Made by a program: the position numbers and the translations under genes. Source: Bacteroidia bacterium (lineage in GTDB: Bacteria > Bacteroidota > Bacteroidia > NS11-12g > UBA9320). From it: a stretch of DNA of 64,000 nucleotides. How positions within the stretch are numbered: position 1 is the stretch's first letter; each line of letters begins with the position of its first letter. Under the pieces are notes generated by a model. The model saw only the letters and a program-made list of their open reading frames with translations, did not search any database and was not told the origin of the DNA. Of this stretch, positions 28,597 through 39,058 are shown piece after piece. Location: positions 128,001 to 192,000 of the forward strand of contig CBDCFW010000005.1 in the NCBI GenBank assembly GCA_965216465.1, given 5' to 3'.

Positions 28597-31023
28597 ATGG
28601 AGGCACAGTTTTCACCAGGAGTAAAAGAAGTTATTCAATTTAGTCGCGAAGAAGCGATAAGATTGGGGCATAGTTATATAGGCACTGAACACCTATTACT
28701 AGGGCTTATAAGACAAGGAGACGGTAAGGCTATTCGTCACCTTAAATCGATGGGCATTGACATGCTTCGACTGAAAAAGGCAGTTGAAGATAGTATTCGA
28801 GACACAACCAGTAAGTCATCGAACATTGGAAATATTCCATTGACCAAGCAGGCAGAAAAAGCCTTAAAAATTACCTACCTTGAAGCGAAAATTTTTAAAG
28901 ACGATGTTATTCGTACAGAACACCTCTTGCTTTCAATTTTAAGAGATGAAGATAACGTTGCATCGCAAATACTAAATCAGTTTGGGGTAGACTACGATTT
29001 ATTTAAAAGTGCTATGGAAGACAAACTTCCTGATATTAATATCGAAATGAGCACGGATTCTCCAGAAGATTTCTATCACGAAGAGAGTGGCAAAACTGCT
29101 CCACCTTCGAAAAGTCCAAAGAACAAAAGCAAAACTCCTGTACTTGACAACTTCGGTCGTGATTTAACCAAATTAGCAGAAGAAGATAAACTAGATCCTA
29201 TTGTAGGTAGAGAAAAAGAAATAGAGCGTGTATCACAAATTCTTAGCCGAAGAAAGAAGAACAACCCTGTTCTTATTGGTGAGCCTGGAGTTGGTAAAAC
29301 TGCTATCGCAGAAGGCTTGGCACTTCGAATCGTACAACGCAAGGTTTCACGGGTATTGTTCGACAAACGTGTTGTAACCCTTGATTTAGCAAGTTTAGTT
29401 GCTGGAACAAAGTACCGAGGTCAATTCGAAGAGCGAATGAAGGCGGTAATGAACGAGTTGGAGAAAACAACAGATGTAATTCTTTTCATAGACGAAATTC
29501 ACACTATCGTTGGAGCTGGAGGAGCTTCAGGTTCATTAGATGCATCAAATATGTTTAAGCCTGCACTTGCCAGAGGAGAAATTCAATGTGTTGGTGCAAC
29601 TACCTTAGATGAATACCGTCAGTTTATAGAAAAAGATGGAGCCTTAGAACGTAGATTCCAATCCGTTATGGTTGAGCCTACTTCTCCAGAAGAAACGCTG
29701 GAGATCTTGAATAACATCAAGCCTAAGTATGAAGATCACCACAGTGTTACTTATAGTGATGAAGCAATGGAAGCTTCAGTAAATATGAGTGTTAGATACA
29801 TTACTGACCGTCACTTACCTGATAAAGCGATTGACGTTTTAGATGAAGTTGGTGCTCGTGTTCATTTATCGAATATTCATGTTCCTCAAGACATCTTAGA
29901 ACTAGAAAAAAAGGTTGAAGAAATTAAAGAAGAAAAGAATCGTGTCGTTAAAAGTCAAAAATACGAAGAGGCGGCAAGATTAAGAGATAAAGAAAAATCA
30001 CTTCTTGAGAATCTTGATACAGCAAAAGCTAGATGGGAAGAAGAAAGCAAAACTCAACGCTACACTGTCACTGAAGATGATGTTGCTGATGTAATTGCTA
30101 TGATGACAGGTATTCCAACCAAGCGTATTGCACAAAGCGAAGGAAATAGATTGCTTCAAATGGGCGACGAGCTAAAAGCGAATGTAATTGGTCAAGATAC
30201 TGCCGTTGCAAAGCTGACTAAAGCCATTCAACGTACTCGAGCAGGACTTAAAGCTCCAAATAAACCAATTGGTTCCTTTATTTTCTTAGGAGCTACAGGA
30301 GTTGGTAAGACTGAATTGGCAAAATCATTGGCTAAATACTTGTTTGACACTAAAGAAGCATTGCTTCGAATTGACATGAGTGAATACATGGAAAAATTCG
30401 CTGTATCTCGTTTAGTTGGAGCGCCTCCGGGATACGTTGGATATGAAGAAGGTGGAATTTTGACTGAAAAGATAAGAAGAAAGCCTTACTCTGTAGTCTT
30501 ATTCGACGAGATTGAGAAAGCTCATCCAGACGTATTTAACTTGTTATTGCAAGTATTGGATGAAGGGTTCTTAACTGATAGTTTGGGTAGAAAAGTTGAT
30601 TTCAGAAACACCATCATCATTATGACCAGTAATATTGGTTCTCGCCAACTTAAAGAGTTTGGTTCTGGTGTTGGATTCTCTACTGCCGCTAAAGACAGAG
30701 CTCAAGATTTGAATGCCAAAGGTGTTATTGAAACTGCTCTTAAGCGTTTCTTCTCACCAGAATTCTTGAATAGAATTGATGATGTTATCGTGTTCAATTC
30801 ATTAGCAAAAGAAGACATCGAAAAAATCTTAGATATTGCTGTAAAAGAATTAATGTCACGTATTAAGCAAATTGGTTTCGACATTAAACTTAGCAAATCA
30901 GCAAAAGAGTTTTTAGTTGACAAAGGATTTGATGCAGATTTTGGTGCCAGACCGCTTAACCGAGCAATTCAAAAATACCTAGAAGATCCATTAGCTGAAG
31001 AAATTTTAAAATCTGAACGTTAA
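28597..31023 (+). CDS. clpC: ATP-dependent Clp protease ATP-binding subunit ClpC (3' end frameshifted; tail continues to 31126)
   Basis: Clp-N repeats; GEPGVGKT and GATGVGKT Walker A motifs; UVR middle domain; GARPLNRAIQ. Confidence 0.95.
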   Translation: MEAQFSPGVKEVIQFSREEAIRLGHSYIGTEHLLLGLIRQGDGKAIRHLKSMGIDMLRLKKAVEDSIRDTTSKSSNIGNIPLTKQAEKALKITYLEAKIFKDDVIRTEHLLLSILRDEDNVASQILNQFGVDYDLFKSAMEDKLPDINIEMSTDSPEDFYHEESGKTAPPSKSPKNKSKTPVLDNFGRDLTKLAEEDKLDPIVGREKEIERVSQILSRRKKNNPVLIGEPGVGKTAIAEGLALRIVQRKVSRVLFDKRVVTLDLASLVAGTKYRGQFEERMKAVMNELEKTTDVILFIDEIHTIVGAGGASGSLDASNMFKPALARGEIQCVGATTLDEYRQFIEKDGALERRFQSVMVEPTSPEETLEILNNIKPKYEDHHSVTYSDEAMEASVNMSVRYITDRHLPDKAIDVLDEVGARVHLSNIHVPQDILELEKKVEEIKEEKNRVVKSQKYEEAARLRDKEKSLLENLDTAKARWEEESKTQRYTVTEDDVADVIAMMTGIPTKRIAQSEGNRLLQMGDELKANVIGQDTAVAKLTKAIQRTRAGLKAPNKPIGSFIFLGATGVGKTELAKSLAKYLFDTKEALLRIDMSEYMEKFAVSRLVGAPPGYVGYEEGGILTEKIRRKPYSVVLFDEIEKAHPDVFNLLLQVLDEGFLTDSLGRKVDFRNTIIIMTSNIGSRQLKEFGSGVGFSTAAKDRAQDLNAKGVIETALKRFFSPEFLNRIDDVIVFNSLAKEDIEKILDIAVKELMSRIKQIGFDIKLSKSAKEFLVDKGFDADFGARPLNRAIQKYLEDPLAEEILKSER

Positions 31024-31154
31024 GGCTGGTGACATTCTTAAAGTTGATTTCGATAAGAAGAAAGAACACCTGGTCTTCAAAAAAGAAAAGAAAAAAACTA
31101 CCGCCGAAGAAAAGGAAGTGAAATAACTTCGGTCTTTAGCAAATAAATTCTTTC

Positions 31155-31184
31155 AAAAAGCATGCGAATCGCATGCTTTTTTTT
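31155..31184 (+). terminator. Intrinsic terminator after clpC
   Basis: aaaagcatgcga-a-tcgcatgc + T8. Confidence 0.85.
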
Positions 31185-31225
31185 GCTTTATCCATCCTCG
31201 TTTTATTGTAACTTTGCCACTCGTA

Positions 31226-31753
31226 ATGGAAATAGGACAAAAACTTTTTAACTTCACGCTTAAGGGCACAAACAATAGAAACTATGACAAGTACACCTTT
31301 GCTGACAGAACAGCTTTGGTATTAATCGTAACTTGTAATCATTGTCCATATGCCAGAGCCTATTGGGACCGGTTGGTTAGGCTTTACAACCAATATGAGC
31401 ATGATAATTTGATGATTTTGGCCATCAACCCAAATGACCCTGAACAATATCCAGCTGACTCCTTTGAGGAGATGAAGAAACTTAAAAAGGAACTGAAGCT
31501 GCCATTTCCTTACCTTTACGATGAAGATCAAAGTGTAGCCAAAAAATTAGGTGCAACAAGAACTCCTGAAGCATTTGTATTCAACAGCAAAAGAGAGTTG
31601 GTGTACCAAGGTGCTATTGATGACAACTGGGAGAACCCACACATGGTAATGCGCGTGTACCTCGAAGATGCAATTGAATACACACTAGATGGTATGGAGC
31701 CGGATTACAGCGAAATTCCTGCAGTAGGATGCAGCGTTAAGTGGAAAAAATAA
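31226..31753 (+). CDS. Thioredoxin-family (AhpC/TSA-like) protein
   Basis: CNHCPY, INPND...YPADSFEEM, FPYLYDEDQ, GATRTPE, GCSVKWK. Confidence 0.9.
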   Translation: MEIGQKLFNFTLKGTNNRNYDKYTFADRTALVLIVTCNHCPYARAYWDRLVRLYNQYEHDNLMILAINPNDPEQYPADSFEEMKKLKKELKLPFPYLYDEDQSVAKKLGATRTPEAFVFNSKRELVYQGAIDDNWENPHMVMRVYLEDAIEYTLDGMEPDYSEIPAVGCSVKWKK

Positions 31754-31827
31754 AAGTTTGAGTTTCTTTCAGGCTAAAAATTTTATCATTACAGGAGCTA
31801 AAGAGATTGATTCTCCAATACAACAAC

Positions 31828-33591
31828 ATGGATATATTACAACTTCTTAAGGAGCAAACAGCAATTGCATTAAACGCTTTGTACGGCATAGAGGATGCAG
31901 AAGTGAGTTTTGAAGAAACTAATGCAAAATTCAAGGGTGATTACACTTTTGTGGTATTTCCTTACCTAAGGCACTCACGTAAAAAGCCAGAAGATACGGC
32001 TCAAGAAATTGGAGATTATTTGAAAGAAAAAGTTGCAGAACTTGCTGACTACAATGTTGTTAAGGGGTTTTTAAACTTAGAACTGAGCGACACGTATTGG
32101 ATAAACATTGCATCACAGCTTTGTACAAGTTCAATCTCAATTCCTGCAATTGGAAAAGGCCAAAAAGTAGTTGTTGAGTATTCATCTCCTAATACAAATA
32201 AACCGCTGCATCTCGGACATATTCGAAACAATGTTCTAGGATTTAGTTTTTCAGAAATCTGGGAAGCAAATGGCTACGATGTGGTTAAAAATAACCTCAT
32301 CAATGATCGTGGCATCCACATCTGTAAAAGTATGATCGCCTGGCAAAAATTTGGAGAGGGAGAAACTCCTGAATCTAGTAAGCTTAAAGGGGACCATTTG
32401 GTTGGAAAGTATTACGTGAAGTTTGACCAAGCTTATCGACAAGAACTAGAAGATTTAAAGTCAAGTGGTTTATCGGAAGACGATGCCAAGGTACAATCAA
32501 AATTAATGGCTGAAACCCGCGAAATGCTACAAAAGTGGGAAGAAGGTGACACAGAAGTTCTCGAACTTTGGAGATCCATGAATGGATGGGTATATGCCGG
32601 ATTCGACGAAACTTATAATCGCCTTGGTGTTCGCTTTGATAAAATTTATTACGAGTCTAACACCTACTTGTTAGGTAAAAAGATTGTTTTGGAGGGATTA
32701 GAGCAAGGTGTATTCTTTAAAAAGGATGATGGCAGCGTATGGGTTGACCTCACCGACGAAGGACTGGATGAAAAGATTTTGTTAAGAGCCGATGGTACCT
32801 CGGTATACATGACCCAAGATATTGGCACTGCTCAATTGAAATACGATGACTACAAAATGGATCATTCCATTTATGTGGTTGGAAATGAGCAAGACTACCA
32901 TTTCAAGGTGTTAAGCCTAGTTCTGAAAAAATTAGGAAGACCTCATTCAGAGGCCATTCACCACCTAAGTTACGGAATGGTTGATCTACCTGAGGGCAAA
33001 ATGAAAAGTAGAGAAGGTACAGTTGTTGACGCTGATGAGTTGATGGATGAGGTAGTTGAAACCGCTAAGAAACAAACTGAAGAATTGGGCAAAACTGAAG
33101 GAATGTCAGATGAAGAATTGGCTGCCCTCTATGAAACACTTGGAATCGGTGCACTTAAATACTACTTGCTTAAAGTGGATGCCAAACGTAGAATGCTATA
33201 CGACCCAAAAGAATCTATTGATTTTCAAGGCAATACAGCTCCTTTTATTCAATATACGTACACCCGAATCGCAAGCTTATTGCGTGCGGCAGATAATGTT
33301 GAATTCAATCAAACAGCTGCACTTGAAGAAGAAGAGAAAGAGTTGATTGTCGCAATGCACAACTATCCACAAGCGGTAAATCATGCGGCAACAGACTACA
33401 ACCCATCATTTATTGCAAATGCGGTTTATGATCTAGCGAAAAAGTTTAACAAGTTCTATCATGAGCACAGTATTCTTGGAGCTAAAGAAGCTAATGTGAA
33501 GCAGTTTAGAATTGCTTTGAGTCAAGCTTGCGGTGCTCATATTAAACACGGGTTTTCCTTATTAGGTATTCAGGTGCCTGATAGAATGTAG
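31828..33591 (+). CDS. argS: Arginine--tRNA ligase
   Basis: EYSSPNTNKPLHLGHIRN (HIGH motif), GKMKSREG, GNTAPFIQY, C-terminal DRM. Confidence 0.97.
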   Translation: MDILQLLKEQTAIALNALYGIEDAEVSFEETNAKFKGDYTFVVFPYLRHSRKKPEDTAQEIGDYLKEKVAELADYNVVKGFLNLELSDTYWINIASQLCTSSISIPAIGKGQKVVVEYSSPNTNKPLHLGHIRNNVLGFSFSEIWEANGYDVVKNNLINDRGIHICKSMIAWQKFGEGETPESSKLKGDHLVGKYYVKFDQAYRQELEDLKSSGLSEDDAKVQSKLMAETREMLQKWEEGDTEVLELWRSMNGWVYAGFDETYNRLGVRFDKIYYESNTYLLGKKIVLEGLEQGVFFKKDDGSVWVDLTDEGLDEKILLRADGTSVYMTQDIGTAQLKYDDYKMDHSIYVVGNEQDYHFKVLSLVLKKLGRPHSEAIHHLSYGMVDLPEGKMKSREGTVVDADELMDEVVETAKKQTEELGKTEGMSDEELAALYETLGIGALKYYLLKVDAKRRMLYDPKESIDFQGNTAPFIQYTYTRIASLLRAADNVEFNQTAALEEEEKELIVAMHNYPQAVNHAATDYNPSFIANAVYDLAKKFNKFYHEHSILGAKEANVKQFRIALSQACGAHIKHGFSLLGIQVPDRM

Positions 33592-33620
33592 TAATCGAAA
33601 TTTCAAGAAAATTAGGAGAC

Positions 33621-33657
33621 AAAAAAAGCGGCTAGAGAACCTAGCCGCTTTTTTTTT
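33621..33657. terminator. Bidirectional intrinsic terminator
   Basis: A7-gcggctag-agaac-ctagccgc-T9 between convergent genes. Confidence 0.9.
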
Positions 33658-33669
33658 GATTTGAATTGG

Positions 33670-36546
33670 TTACAAGGTGTAGCTAATTCCCAACGAGAAT
33701 GAACGCATTGGTTTTAGCATGCTAAAAGTTTGATTTTCAGCTCCGAATGACACGTATTCAAAATATTTATTGCTTGCTAATATGTTTCTTGCACTTAGGC
33801 TGGCCTTCCAGTTGTCTTCCTTACCAAATGTTTGACTCGCCTTAAAGTTTAGACTGTGGAAAGGCATTTCGTATACATCTGGGTTTCGAGCAACACCTAC
33901 AACCGTCAATCGAGGTCCTTGCACATTATATGTAATTGTTGCGTCTAAACCTCTCTTACGATTTACAAAGTTAACGAAAGCATTAATGATGTATGGAGAT
34001 TGTCCAACCATATCTCTAGTCGATCCAATAATCTCACCTTCACGTGCAGCAGAGACTCTTCCCAATCGTTCTCCTTCGGTCATCTCCACACTTGATTGGA
34101 CTAACGTTACATTAGCTCCAAACGATGTTGCAAACGTGGTATCATCACTCAAAGCTTTAATTAATATTTTCGATTCAAGCTCAATACCATAAACATTTGC
34201 CGTTCCTACGTTTCGTGGTTGAAAGTTATTTGGGTTTTCTTTACTGTAGGCAACTAACTCAATTGGGTTTTGGAAACGTTTGTAGAATGCACTTGCAGAA
34301 AGTACTTGACCTTTCTTCATAAACTTCTCCCACCTAAAATCAATATTGTCGATATCGGTTTGAACCAAAGAATCATTTCCTAGGAAGGTTCTACCTGAAA
34401 TTCGATCAACAATCTGAGCATTAGACAACTCTTTAAACGAAGGTCTAGCAACTGTTCTTGTAAATGATAATCTCAAGTTGGTACCTTGACTTCTTACGCC
34501 TTTATTTAACGCATAAACTAAATTTAGAGATGGCAGTATGCTTGTTTCATTCAGTAATAAAGAATCTTGCATGCGCTCTCTATTCTGGTTTTGACCTGTA
34601 TAGTAATTTCTTGCCTGTTCAATACGAACACCATAAATAGCTTTTAAACGAATCGATATTGGGAGTTCATTCATAATATAGACCCCTGCAATATTTTGCT
34701 TTGCATTAAACGTGTTTGCATCTTGTGGTTGTCCACTCACATAAACCCCACTATCTTCTATTCCTAACTGCGAAGGAGTCCAGATAACTGCATCATTCAA
34801 AATCTCATTTGCGTCTCCCGTAAAAGTGAACTTCGACTCTTGTTGAATTCTAAAACGATAATCACGAATTGAGAAATCTCTCATCTTAAATGTTTCTAGA
34901 GCTCCAAATTTCAACTTAGACTCCTGCTTATTCTTCAGTTTAAATACACGTTCAACATCAATTCTTGCATTGTAATTCTGCTCAACAAGATTTCTGTATG
35001 TTCTTGAAGATACAGCTCCAACTCCTTCATTTAGCTCAAAACGAGGTACAATATCATCAGTGTATTCAAATGCTGTTAAACGAATGTCTGGCTCGTCAAT
35101 AACAGAAACCGTTGGTGATAATCTCCATTGCAAATCCCATCGACCACTATCTAATCCATGACGACCTGTTAACATGGCATTGGTTACCGATCTTTCTGTA
35201 TACTCCAGGTTGTTTCTAAACATGGTATATGGATTTTCACGGTAATCTTCTTGACGCATTAAACCTGCACGCGATTCAGCATTCTGGGTTCTAAACAGCG
35301 TTAATGAGTACTTATTATTCTTGCTTTCTCCTCTACTGCTACTTGAAAATCCAGCTAAGGCAGACCATGCAGCCGTGGTATTACCTAAAGGACCTTTTGT
35401 ATCTCGATCTAGCAATAGCTCCGACTCTTCTTTCGACTGTGGCTTAATATATGTACCAAAAAAGGCATTCTCGTAAAACTCGGTTTGATGACTGTAATTA
35501 AAAGCTACATTATATCCTAAAGTCCTCTTCTCCTTGTTAAACTGATTTCCTTGACTGTACGACAAGCTAACGTTTGGAGCATTAATCTTAGTTTTTGGTG
35601 CTAAAGTCTTGTTAAAGCTCTTCGTAATTTCAGTAAGCTCTGGGTTATTCCAAGATGGGTCATACTCTTTTTGAGTAAGATCTAGATTCTCACTAATTGG
35701 TAAAGCTCGAGTTCCATCATCGTGAGCTAACCAATCCATTTTACCCCCATCATAAGTGATAAAATTAGAATTCAGGTGCATTGTAGGATTGTATCCAGTA
35801 CTAAATGACACGCTTCTAATTTTTGTACTTGGAAATGCTTTGGTAGAGATATTTACCAACCCACCCGAATAATCGCCCGGTTGGTCTGGAGTAAAGGTTT
35901 TATAAACAACGATATTATCTAAAACATTGGTTGGAAAGATATCCATTTGAACCGTGTTCCTGTCTGGGTCAAGACCAGGAATAATCATGCCGTTTAAGAT
36001 GGTCTTGGTATAACGGTCTCCCAATCCTCTAACAAAGACAAACTTCCCGCCTTGAACAGAAATCCCAGTAACTCGAGAAATTGCCTGCCCAGCATCGCTA
36101 TCTCCTGCTTTTTTCATAGCTTGAGATGATGTTCCATCAGAAACATTCACCGATTTCTTTCGATCAAGCATGATAGCTGCATCTGTGTTTCTTTTTCGGG
36201 TAGCTGTTACTACAATATCGCCTTTTACTGCCTCTGCCGCATCGCCACCCAGTTGGATATCAAGCGTCTTCTCTTCACTTGATCCTAAAACCACATTTTC
36301 TTCGATGTACTCAGGGATCCCAATGTAATTGAAAGATAAGTTATAGGTTCCTTCATCAAGAGAAATTGTATATTTCCCTTCGTAATTAGATATTGCTCCA
36401 CCCGGAACACCTACCGCTCTTACAATTACTCCAACAAGAGCTTCTCCTGAAGACTTGTCTGTGATTGTACCTGAAATTGTTCCGCTTTGTGCGAATAGTA
36501 CTCCGCTAAGCAGAACCAAGACAAAAGTTTTGAGTGTCTTTAACAT
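33670..36546 (-). CDS. TonB-dependent receptor with N-terminal CarboxypepD_reg-like domain
   Basis: Signal peptide, GTISGTITDK; plug RVTGISVQGGKFVFVRGLGDRY; C-terminal GISYTL. Confidence 0.92.
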   Translation of the reverse strand: MLKTLKTFVLVLLSGVLFAQSGTISGTITDKSSGEALVGVIVRAVGVPGGAISNYEGKYTISLDEGTYNLSFNYIGIPEYIEENVVLGSSEEKTLDIQLGGDAAEAVKGDIVVTATRKRNTDAAIMLDRKKSVNVSDGTSSQAMKKAGDSDAGQAISRVTGISVQGGKFVFVRGLGDRYTKTILNGMIIPGLDPDRNTVQMDIFPTNVLDNIVVYKTFTPDQPGDYSGGLVNISTKAFPSTKIRSVSFSTGYNPTMHLNSNFITYDGGKMDWLAHDDGTRALPISENLDLTQKEYDPSWNNPELTEITKSFNKTLAPKTKINAPNVSLSYSQGNQFNKEKRTLGYNVAFNYSHQTEFYENAFFGTYIKPQSKEESELLLDRDTKGPLGNTTAAWSALAGFSSSSRGESKNNKYSLTLFRTQNAESRAGLMRQEDYRENPYTMFRNNLEYTERSVTNAMLTGRHGLDSGRWDLQWRLSPTVSVIDEPDIRLTAFEYTDDIVPRFELNEGVGAVSSRTYRNLVEQNYNARIDVERVFKLKNKQESKLKFGALETFKMRDFSIRDYRFRIQQESKFTFTGDANEILNDAVIWTPSQLGIEDSGVYVSGQPQDANTFNAKQNIAGVYIMNELPISIRLKAIYGVRIEQARNYYTGQNQNRERMQDSLLLNETSILPSLNLVYALNKGVRSQGTNLRLSFTRTVARPSFKELSNAQIVDRISGRTFLGNDSLVQTDIDNIDFRWEKFMKKGQVLSASAFYKRFQNPIELVAYSKENPNNFQPRNVGTANVYGIELESKILIKALSDDTTFATSFGANVTLVQSSVEMTEGERLGRVSAAREGEIIGSTRDMVGQSPYIINAFVNFVNRKRGLDATITYNVQGPRLTVVGVARNPDVYEMPFHSLNFKASQTFGKEDNWKASLSARNILASNKYFEYVSFGAENQTFSMLKPMRSFSLGISYTL

Positions 36547-36570
36547 TTTATAAGGTCATTTAACACCAAA

Positions 36571-36597
36571 GCCTACACCTCGTTACGAGGTATAGGC
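36571..36597. other. Intercistronic stem-loop
   Basis: gcctacacctcg-tta-cgaggtataggc between the lipoprotein and TBDT genes. Confidence 0.6.
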
Positions 36598-36622
36598 ATT
36601 GATTTAATTTAAAGTTTATTTT

Positions 36623-37921
36623 TTATAGCTTTCCATTAACAGAAGCCCAAGTCCATCCATCAAACTCAGAGCTGTTTGCTCCTTTTGAACTATCAGCTTT
36701 CGCTGCATTGTTTCCTGCAGAAATTGCAGCATCAAGAGCACCTTCGTCTTCACATCCACAATCTTCACAAGAACCTGTGTATACACTTGCAATACTGTTT
36801 ACATCAGTTGCAGTTGCATCGTTGTTTGCAATAACAAGGTTGCCAGAACCATCAGTTAAGTTTAAGAATGCATCTTTCTTATCTGTACAGTTTGTAGTAT
36901 CAGAGAAGCTTGCTCTTACTTTTAAGAATTTATTGTAGCCTTGAAAGAAACAGTTTTCAATAGTTCCTTGAGCTTTAGATTTAATATCAGCTGCAGAACC
37001 AGCACCATCGGTAGACTTGATAGTACCATTCTTCAATGTGAACTTACCATCGGTATAAGTGCTTCCTTCTGGACCGTCAATTTCTAAACCTTCGTCAGTA
37101 TCACCACCGTGAATAACCATAAAGTTATCGATTGTTCCACTGTAGTTCATATCTAAATCGATTGCATCATCACCTTGAAAAGCAACAATTGCATCATCAA
37201 TATTTACTGAACCGCCGAAACATTCAATTCCATCATCAAGGTTTCCAACAACCTCAACGTGATTGATTACTGTTCCATTTCCAACCCCACCAAGAGTAAG
37301 GCCATTAATTTCATTTCCTTCTCCAATCAATGCACCACCGTGTCTGATTGACACGTAAGTAATTACTCCAGAGTTGTCCGCATCGTTGGTACCTCCAAAC
37401 TGACCATAAGCCTCTGTTGCAGGTATACCTTCTATTTGTGCAGAAACGTCTCCGTCTTCAGCTGAAATCTTGGCATTTCCTAGCACGATTAAACCTCCCC
37501 ATTTTTCTCGATCATTTTCCGTTAGGTTGGTACCTGATTTCTGACCAAGTTCAATGTTGTCTAACTCAGAGGTAAAGATGATTGGTTCAGAGGCAGTTCC
37601 TTCTGCCATAAGCTTAGCTCCTTTTGCGATGATAAGAGCCGAAGCGTTTGCTTCAGTTCCTGTTCTTCCTTTAATGATGGCTCCTTTTTCGATAGTTAAG
37701 GTAGCACCATTCTCTACCCAGCATCTTCCTTTGATGTAGTGAATCTCGTTAGCGCTCCAAGTTTCGTTTGCAGTGATTGCCCCAGAGTGCTCCATATCAA
37801 CAGAAGGAGCAACATAGCAATCGCTCGCTGGATCTGTTTCATCACAGTCTGAGCATCCAACAAAAGAGATAATGCCTGCCATTAGCAACATTACCAATAA
37901 GGTTTTTGAAATGTTTTTCAT
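36623..37921 (-). CDS. Acidic beta-helix-type lipoprotein associated with a TBDT
   Basis: Lipobox FVGC; GAKLMAEGTASEPIIFTS, WGGLIVLG, EINGLTLGGVG, repeated DDGIE/DDAID/DEGLE motifs. Confidence 0.8.
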   Translation of the reverse strand: MKNISKTLLVMLLMAGIISFVGCSDCDETDPASDCYVAPSVDMEHSGAITANETWSANEIHYIKGRCWVENGATLTIEKGAIIKGRTGTEANASALIIAKGAKLMAEGTASEPIIFTSELDNIELGQKSGTNLTENDREKWGGLIVLGNAKISAEDGDVSAQIEGIPATEAYGQFGGTNDADNSGVITYVSIRHGGALIGEGNEINGLTLGGVGNGTVINHVEVVGNLDDGIECFGGSVNIDDAIVAFQGDDAIDLDMNYSGTIDNFMVIHGGDTDEGLEIDGPEGSTYTDGKFTLKNGTIKSTDGAGSAADIKSKAQGTIENCFFQGYNKFLKVRASFSDTTNCTDKKDAFLNLTDGSGNLVIANNDATATDVNSIASVYTGSCEDCGCEDEGALDAAISAGNNAAKADSSKGANSSEFDGWTWASVNGKL

Positions 37922-37970
37922 TTTTGAATAGTTGTAACTTTTAATTTCTACTGCAATGGTCAGCCAGATA

Positions 37971-38032
37971 TGTTACGTCTATGTTAACATGGCTTTACTA
38001 CTCAAAAAACTCTAAGTTAACCCAATGTTAAC
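37971..38032. promoter_or_regulatory. 11-bp-phased GTTA(A)C direct repeats, putative OmpR/PhoB-family boxes
   Basis: gttac 37972, gttaac 37983, tttac 37994, gttaac 38016, gttaac 38027. Confidence 0.55.
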
Positions 38033-38179
38033 TTAAAATAGAGACAAGGTTATTTACGGAGCAATATGCTGATTATCTGACAATTTCAAGCGTACGATTT
38101 AAATGCAACTTGGATAAAATATCGCATGCATTTCAGTAAAGATTATATAAAACCCAGCCTAATTCTCCCAGAATTTTGT

Positions 38180-39013
38180 TCAAATCTGTCGCGATAGTTT
38201 CTTCCATAGCAAGATGCACTCTTGAGCTTCTTTTACATCATGAACACGTAAAATATTTGACCCTTTTTGCAAGGCTGTATTGTGAAGAAATGTAGTTCCG
38301 TTTAAGGCATTTGCTGGAGAAACACCTAGCACTTTGCAAATCATCGACTTTCTAGATATTCCAACCAAAATTGGTGAGCCCAATGCCTGAAACTCATCAA
38401 GCCTTGATAGCAGGGCATAATTATGCTCCACAGTTTTTCCAAATCCAAAACCTGGATCAATGATTACGTCTTTAATTCCAGCTTCTTTACAAGCTTGCAG
38501 TTTTTGATTCAAATAAGATTTAACTTCATCTACTACTTCACCATAAGTTGGATTGTCTTGCATAGTTTGTGGCGTTCCTTTTTTATGCATTGCGATGTAA
38601 GGTACACCAAGTTCTGCTACCGTCTTGAGCATATCTGCATCATCATCGCCTGCTGATATATCATTTACGATTCCAGCACCAACCTTCACAGCTTGTTCTG
38701 CAACAGTTGATCTAAATGTATCAATTGATAGGGGTTGACCAATTCTAGCCGATAGCCATTCAACTACAGGTAAAACACGATCGAGCTCCTCTTGTACCAA
38801 AACATTGGCTGCACCTGGACGTGAACTGTATCCCCCTACATCAATAATCGACGCACCTTGATTAACCATCTTCTCGGCTTGCTTAATTGCATCATCTTTT
38901 GCAACGAACTTTCCCCCATCTGAAAACGAATCTGGAGTAACGTTCAAAATGCCCATAATTTTGGGTTCGTCAAAATGCAAGAATGTGCCTTTTATGTTGA
39001 TGGATAGGTTCAT
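38180..39013 (-). CDS. folP: Dihydropteroate synthase
   Basis: IMGILNVTPDSFSDGG, SSRPGA, DPGFGFGKT, SRKS, LRVHDV. Confidence 0.96.
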   Translation of the reverse strand: MNLSINIKGTFLHFDEPKIMGILNVTPDSFSDGGKFVAKDDAIKQAEKMVNQGASIIDVGGYSSRPGAANVLVQEELDRVLPVVEWLSARIGQPLSIDTFRSTVAEQAVKVGAGIVNDISAGDDDADMLKTVAELGVPYIAMHKKGTPQTMQDNPTYGEVVDEVKSYLNQKLQACKEAGIKDVIIDPGFGFGKTVEHNYALLSRLDEFQALGSPILVGISRKSMICKVLGVSPANALNGTTFLHNTALQKGSNILRVHDVKEAQECILLWKKLSRQI

Positions 39014-39058
39014 TTGGTTTGCCTTCAAAAATTACATTTGTGGCAAATTAATACTATT

